Part shown: in pieces, positions 59,401 to 64,000 of the stretch
Position numbering within the stretch: position 1 is the first letter of the stretch
How the letters are laid out: each line of letters begins with the position of its first letter
IMG/VR virus record: IMGVR_UViG_3300010163_000016
Coordinates: 1-64,000 of that record
Origin: a virus
Taxonomy: Duplodnaviria > Caudoviricetes
Length of the DNA stretch: 64,000 bases
Direction: 5' to 3' (one strand)
Translations under genes and position numbers: made by a program
Notes under the pieces: model-generated
Database searches by the model: none
What the model was told of the DNA's origin: nothing
What the model saw: only the letters and a program-made list of their open reading frames with translations

Positions 59401-61548
59401 CTGGAGGCCTCCAGGAAAACCGTTGAGGGCTACCTTGCGGAGGCGAAAGCCGCATATGCCGCCGCGGAAGCAACTGTCGCCCTGGCCCGTGCCAAAGGCG
59501 CTTCTGCGGTGAAACAGGCGACGCAGGGGAACTCCGCCTCCAGCGGGCGCGCGCTGTATCAATCGGCGCAATCGTATTTCAGGGAATATGAGAAAGTCCT
59601 GGTGAAGGACCGGCAATTATATGCGGAATACCGGAATTTTATGGATTCTGCGGAGAAGCATCAGAACAGCGCGAACTTCCTGATGGACGACCTGAATACC
59701 TTCCGGCTGCTGCAGAGCAAGATCGAAAGCTCTATCAAAAATACCGCTACGGACCGCTTTGACCAGGCGGCTTCAAACTATGAGTCCATGCTGGATACGA
59801 TCGAAGCCCAGATGGCTCTGCTCGATCGGCTTGGGAAATCCGAATTCGGCTCCTCCCTCCCTTCTTCCGCATCCTCTGCGGCCTCTTCTGTTAAGGACGC
59901 TTTTGAGGAGCTGAAGGATCAGCTGAACGACTGGTTTAGCGACATGGAATTCAAGGTGTCCCTGCGTGTGGACGCAGGCGACATCGAGGGAACCATTAAG
60001 CTGTACCAGCAGATGATCGACAAGGCCCAGAAAGCTCTGGACGCCGCCTATTCTGCGGGCAGAACGGTGGATGACGACTGGGTGCAGGAGCTCATCGGCA
60101 AAATCAGCGAATATAAGAAGGCTTTAGCCGATCTGCGTCTGGAGGAGTATGACAAACTCGTCGAATACAACGACGATTTCGACGTTTGGAACAAGGTGAG
60201 CTATCAGAAGCTGGATGTGCTGGCCGGTAAGCTGGAGAAGATCAACGATCTGTACCTCCAGGGCTACCTCTCTTATAAGGACTGGTACGACTATTACACC
60301 AGCACGGCCAAACAGATCTACGACCTCCAGCGGGACGCCCTGGATGAACTTCTGGATACCACCATGGACGCCATCAAAAGTCAGAACGACGCCCAGGTGG
60401 AGGCCCTGGAAAAGCAGTCGGACGTCTGTCAGAAGCTGATCGACCAGAAGAAAAAGCTGCTGGAGGATACCAGGGACCAGTCGGCTTATGAGCGGGAGGT
60501 CGCCAAGCGGGTCAAGGAGATCGCAAAGCTCCAGGAGCGCATTACCCAGCTGGAGCTGGATGACAGCCGGGACGCCGCCGCCGAACGCCACAAGCTGGAG
60601 AGCGAGCTGGCCGAGAAGCAGGAGGCGCTGGCCGACTATCAGGCGGAGTACGGAACAGACGCCGCCCTGGAGGCGCTGGACAAACAGGGCGAAGCCTTTG
60701 ATTCCGCCATGCAGGACCGCATTGACGCTGTTAAAGCTGAGGTGGAGAGCGAGACAGAGCTTCGCCGCCGCGCCATTGCTCTCATTGACCAGGACTACCA
60801 AAAGATGATGCAGAATGTCAAGGGCTACTTTGAGCGTCTTGGCATCACAATCGACAGCGAGCTGCTGGATAAGCTGACCCAGGGCCTCAATCTGGTGTCC
60901 CAGTTCGGCAGCTACACTGGCGCTGAATCAGGAATCGGTGCAAGCGGAAGCTTCTCTCCCCAGCAGATCCCTACGCTGGTAGAACAGATGAAGCGCAACT
61001 CCCAGAGCTGGCATACCGCGAAGGCCGCAGGAGACAAGACGGAGATGCAGCGTTTGAATGATGAGAATGAGCGCATCGCGCAGATGCTCAAGACCATGTT
61101 CGGCCTGGATATCTGGAAAAATGCCGCCCAGGGCAAATGGTATATCCGGCTCAACGGCAAAGAGATGGCGCTTTTTGATGTATATCACCAGGGCGGCGTG
61201 GTCTCCGGTTATCCGACCAAGAACAACAAGGAGGTCATGTCCCTTCTGGAAAAGGGTGAGGTGGTACTGGATGACCCGAAGCAGGAGCGGTTTATCTCCA
61301 TCATAGAAAATGCCGGCAAATGGGCGCAGGCGCGCATGGCCTCCGTGTTCAGCCGGGCGGTCTCCTCTCTTCCCACGCCGGTCTTGGCCGGCACGGGCAC
61401 GCTGGGCAGCTTCTCCCCCACCTTCCAATTTACCTTCCACCACAGCGGCCCCATGACGGAGGATGACGCCAGGCTCTGCGGCGAGATAGCCGCCGACACC
61501 GCCCTGGACAAGCTGTGGGCGACTTTACAGAAGCGGGGCATCGCGTAA
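53417..61548 (+). CDS. Tape measure protein, two exons (53417-55684 and 57694-61548, about 2040 aa)
   Basis: TP901-type TMP core (EIDAKLTELQIVSG...GNNFAISS) and long coiled coils; predicted splice joins HSVG to TLKTEL in frame. Confidence 0.85.
56042..56077 (-). terminator. Hairpin after the intron cargo gene
   Basis: AGGATGCCTGA / TCAGGCATCCT. Confidence 0.55.
56108..57619 (-). CDS. Membrane-anchored 503-aa protein with helical repeats, inside the TMP intron
   Basis: Basic N-terminus, one TM segment, TPR-like repeats, GGAGG RBS, AT-rich. Confidence 0.8.
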   Translation of the reverse strand: MSRNLQIENVPEKKRKIRNKILIICGTICILLIIAFIVSAFFFLPILRFQDALSRGEYERSFEIYNDNKDNAKFAEMAHSEALQRATALVNDYANTYLNVEDIQDAFVYLDFFLIDHEVREFDTEILSISRSRKAYKSGDICLENGDYRKAVDNFSQVTKEDILNYTKAQDCKNNAQDMIYEEIQSQANELLADGKTLEAFALYADLDPSYQSDTFRNDRKERQENFQHLVLQEIESMVSQEQYREILIYLMITPADLINDAVEQIKNRSIEEVFALAEEQARSGDIQDAILTLTDDNGKALDTKFSTTLSELNRQMSVERLQNMKADITIQYDKIDKEYNIVPKGLSTKYIDIGYNRNIEPWIVVDDNQNVLFTFFLGFRQSDWLFIDKIVIDCDKSQHTLYVDFWDRITDISGGSIAEIAPYGHFNVDLSKYGLESYDDPRLIDLEPIVEDMITADNVTIRFKGEGYKDVTVPSSHLKQLSEMWTAYKILKEDPTLVANLL

Positions 61549-61611
61549 ATTTCCGGGAGAGCCCAGGCGGGTGCATGGGCTCTCCTTCTGTACTCTGGAC
61601 AAACAGTTGAG

Positions 61612-61950
61612 GTGTTTATGCTAATCACAATACTTATTTCTGCCGTGGTGTCTTCTGTGGCTGCCATAATCGTCGTCAAGATGTGTTTCCGGAGCATTGA
61701 CCGCTGTCATAGCAGCAGCATGGAACATGTCTGCCAAGCCGAGACGGAAGCTCCAACTGAACAGCCGCATCAGCGTATAGGTACTGTGTGCCGGAAATGT
61801 GACAATTACATTTTGGCGCTGAGAGAGCTTCGCAGGCAGTGCATCACGAAATTTGCCAAATATATTGCCGTGCTTGTATTCACAGGAACATTGGCTATAG
61901 CCTTCGATAGCTATATTCCCTGCCTGTTTTTGTTTCTGCTGCTCTTGTAA
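61612..61950 (+). CDS. Possible small membrane protein
   Basis: GAGGTG RBS and hydrophobic ends, but overlaps the antisense gene. Confidence 0.3.
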   Translation: MFMLITILISAVVSSVAAIIVVKMCFRSIDRCHSSSMEHVCQAETEAPTEQPHQRIGTVCRKCDNYILALRELRRQCITKFAKYIAVLVFTGTLAIAFDSYIPCLFLFLLLL

Positions 61951-62851
61951 TAGAGATTTGTGGAGTTTCTGAGAAGGTTACACCATGTTTTTGTAAATAC
62001 TCTTTCACTGTCTCCACATGCTGCAGGCAAAAGCGCCTCGGAATGAATCGTGCAATACAGTTTCCAGTGTCTGTAAGCCTTATAGAACCAATTGGGAATT
62101 TTTTGTCAGGATATGAGATAACAGACATAACCATCTGGTCACAAACAATGTGTATGTGTGGGACTTGCTCATGGTTATATTTTAATAAATAGCCGCTGAA
62201 TGAGTCAAACGTGATGAGACCCATCTGCTCCATATCTTCCAATACGGAAAAGTTGATCCCAAGCTGCTTTAGATATTCAGCGTTGAAATCCCCGGCAATA
62301 AAAAATTCTGTGCTACCAATCTGGATTTGTCTGCCATCATCAATCAAGACATCCATGCTCAATGAACACAGGTTGGAAAACTTGTCAGCATAGCTGCGCG
62401 GCATCTCCGCCAAAACGCGAATAATGCTTGGGGGTGTGCTGCCAGGCTCCTCAAATTCTTTTGCCAGTACGTTTCCCCATAGCAACTGGGTTTCCTCATC
62501 GGAGACAAAGCGTGCTGCATCCATGAACCTTGCCACAAAATCGTTGTCAACACACGAACGGTCAGAGAAGTCAGTCCCTTCCTGGGCACTGGAGTGTGCG
62601 ATCTCTGCAACAGAGAGCTGATTAGTCAATTCCTTGCAATGCTTTTTAGCGTTTGCGATCAGCAGATATTTTTCATCCGGGGTATAATCTCCGTTTTCAA
62701 TGGATTTGACATAAATATCGACAGCTCTTTTGCGCAGACCCCAAAATGGGAATGGCGCGCCCAATACGCTGGCGATTTTATCTACGCTTTCTCTTGCGGC
62801 TCCTTCTGTGGCGGCTTTCGCTACCTCTAGCATTGGATCTTCTATTGGCAT
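61895..62851 (-). CDS. DUF2806-like protein, moron
   Basis: VDNDFVARFMDAARFVSDEETQLLWGNVLAKEFEEPGS motif; AT-rich; antisense to the tail operon. Confidence 0.75.
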   Translation of the reverse strand: MPIEDPMLEVAKAATEGAARESVDKIASVLGAPFPFWGLRKRAVDIYVKSIENGDYTPDEKYLLIANAKKHCKELTNQLSVAEIAHSSAQEGTDFSDRSCVDNDFVARFMDAARFVSDEETQLLWGNVLAKEFEEPGSTPPSIIRVLAEMPRSYADKFSNLCSLSMDVLIDDGRQIQIGSTEFFIAGDFNAEYLKQLGINFSVLEDMEQMGLITFDSFSGYLLKYNHEQVPHIHIVCDQMVMSVISYPDKKFPIGSIRLTDTGNCIARFIPRRFCLQHVETVKEYLQKHGVTFSETPQISITRAAETKTGREYSYRRL

Positions 62852-63201
62852 TTTGTGTCCCCCCCAGCATGACTATTTTTGCAACAACAATGTCCATAAG
62901 GCGGGCATTGCGTAAAACAAGAGATAGCTTGAGTACAATCATGATACTGACCCACGACACGGACTGCGGCATGACCCTTCACGGCGGTTTTCACCGCACT
63001 TTGGACAGTTACACGAGCTTTCGCCATGTAAATCACCTCCTATGTGTAGACGACAGGCACCCCTGCACAGTGCGCTCCTGCCTCCTTCGGTTGGTACGTC
63101 GGGAGGGCAAGGGGTCGGGTGTTTGCTGTGCAGGCACATAGGATACGGGCATACCCAGACTGTTCTTTTTTATACTATCATACCTTGCCGAAAAAGGCAA
63201 C

Positions 63202-64000
63202 ATGGCACCGGAAAGGAGGTCATGCCATCTGATCGTAGATTTCAGCAAATGGAGCGCCGGAGCGCGTCCTTCCCTGGTCCTGCGGACGCTGTCCGGCACA
63301 GCCATTCAGACGCTGGGCTGCGCCTACGGCGTGTCCGCCGAATTCCATTACAACGAGACCTCCACCCTGACCTTTTCCTATCCTGCCCGGCTGGATGGCA
63401 GGAGAGTCCCCGGCTACGAAAAGCTGGTGGGGATGCGCGTCGTGGACGCTGTTGGTATCGGCCAGTTTCTGCTGGTGAACCCCGGCATCAAGGAGAGCGC
63501 CTCCAAGGAGGTCAAGACTGTGACTGCATACTCCCTGGAGTATGAATTCACCTTTAAAAAGCTGACGCTGGAGCAGGGCACCTATAACTTCTGGAATCCG
63601 GCGGCACAGCAGAATACCATCCTCGGCATCATCCTGGAGAAGATGCCCTCCTGGCATGTGGGCCATGTGGACGGCACGCTCATCGGGAAATACCGCACCT
63701 ATGAGGTGAATAACGAAAACCTCTACAATTTCATCAAGGGCACGCTCCAGGACAGCTACGGCTGCATCTTTGATTTCGACACCTATCAACGGGAGATCAA
63801 TGTGCGGGACGTGTCCTCCTCCGCTGCTATCCAGCCGGTGTATGTGTCCCTGCACAACCTTGCCAAGGAGATCGAGGTCAAGGAGGATACGGAGAATATC
63901 TTTACCTGTCTGGATGTCAACGGCGCGGACGGCGTCTCCATCCGTAACGTGAATCCCACCGGCACCAACAAGATCTATGATCTGGACTACTTCATGACGG
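63202..64000 (+). CDS. Tail spike/Tal-like protein, N-terminal part, runs off the window
   Basis: Open frame to the end: LIVDFSK...NETSTLTF...VTAYSLEYEF...GCIFDFDTYQREINV; start may be CTG 63229 after GGAGGT. Confidence 0.7.
   Translation, partial: MAPERRSCHLIVDFSKWSAGARPSLVLRTLSGTAIQTLGCAYGVSAEFHYNETSTLTFSYPARLDGRRVPGYEKLVGMRVVDAVGIGQFLLVNPGIKESASKEVKTVTAYSLEYEFTFKKLTLEQGTYNFWNPAAQQNTILGIILEKMPSWHVGHVDGTLIGKYRTYEVNNENLYNFIKGTLQDSYGCIFDFDTYQREINVRDVSSSAAIQPVYVSLHNLAKEIEVKEDTENIFTCLDVNGADGVSIRNVNPTGTNKIYDLDYFMT

Overview
The window is a 64-kb slice of a large SPbeta-like siphophage or prophage. The host is probably a gut Clostridia member (Oscillospiraceae-like); this is inferred from sigma-A promoters, AGGAGG ribosome-binding sites and gene families. 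Bases 1-27.5 kb form a leftward early/accessory arm of small genes. A 1.6-kb control region with tandem promoters follows, then a rightward arm: tyrosine recombinase, SF2 helicase-like protein, YonO-like RNA polymerase split by a group I intron, terminase, portal, head, tail and tape measure protein (TMP), the last split by a second group I intron. Main candidate novel system (13.1-19.7 kb, minus strand): one apparent operon encoding a ubiquitin-like conjugation set (Ubl, E2-like, JAB, E1/ThiF) followed by a retron-type reverse transcriptase (RT). The RT is flanked by THREE retron-like ncRNA cassettes. Each has its own a1/a2 inverted repeat closed by opposing Gs, the same two-hairpin msr architecture (with compensatory base changes in unit 3) and a different msd cargo. 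There is also a vestigial fourth unit and an orphan copy of one a2 arm upstream of Ubl. Other notable signals: 11 small early proteins from at least two families end in the same D-L-I C-terminus (plus 2 variants); the TMP intron carries an antisense 503-aa membrane-protein gene instead of a homing endonuclease; and there is a 108-nt tRNA-like RNA without a canonical cloverleaf. All calls come from reading the sequence by eye; no database search or folding program was run.
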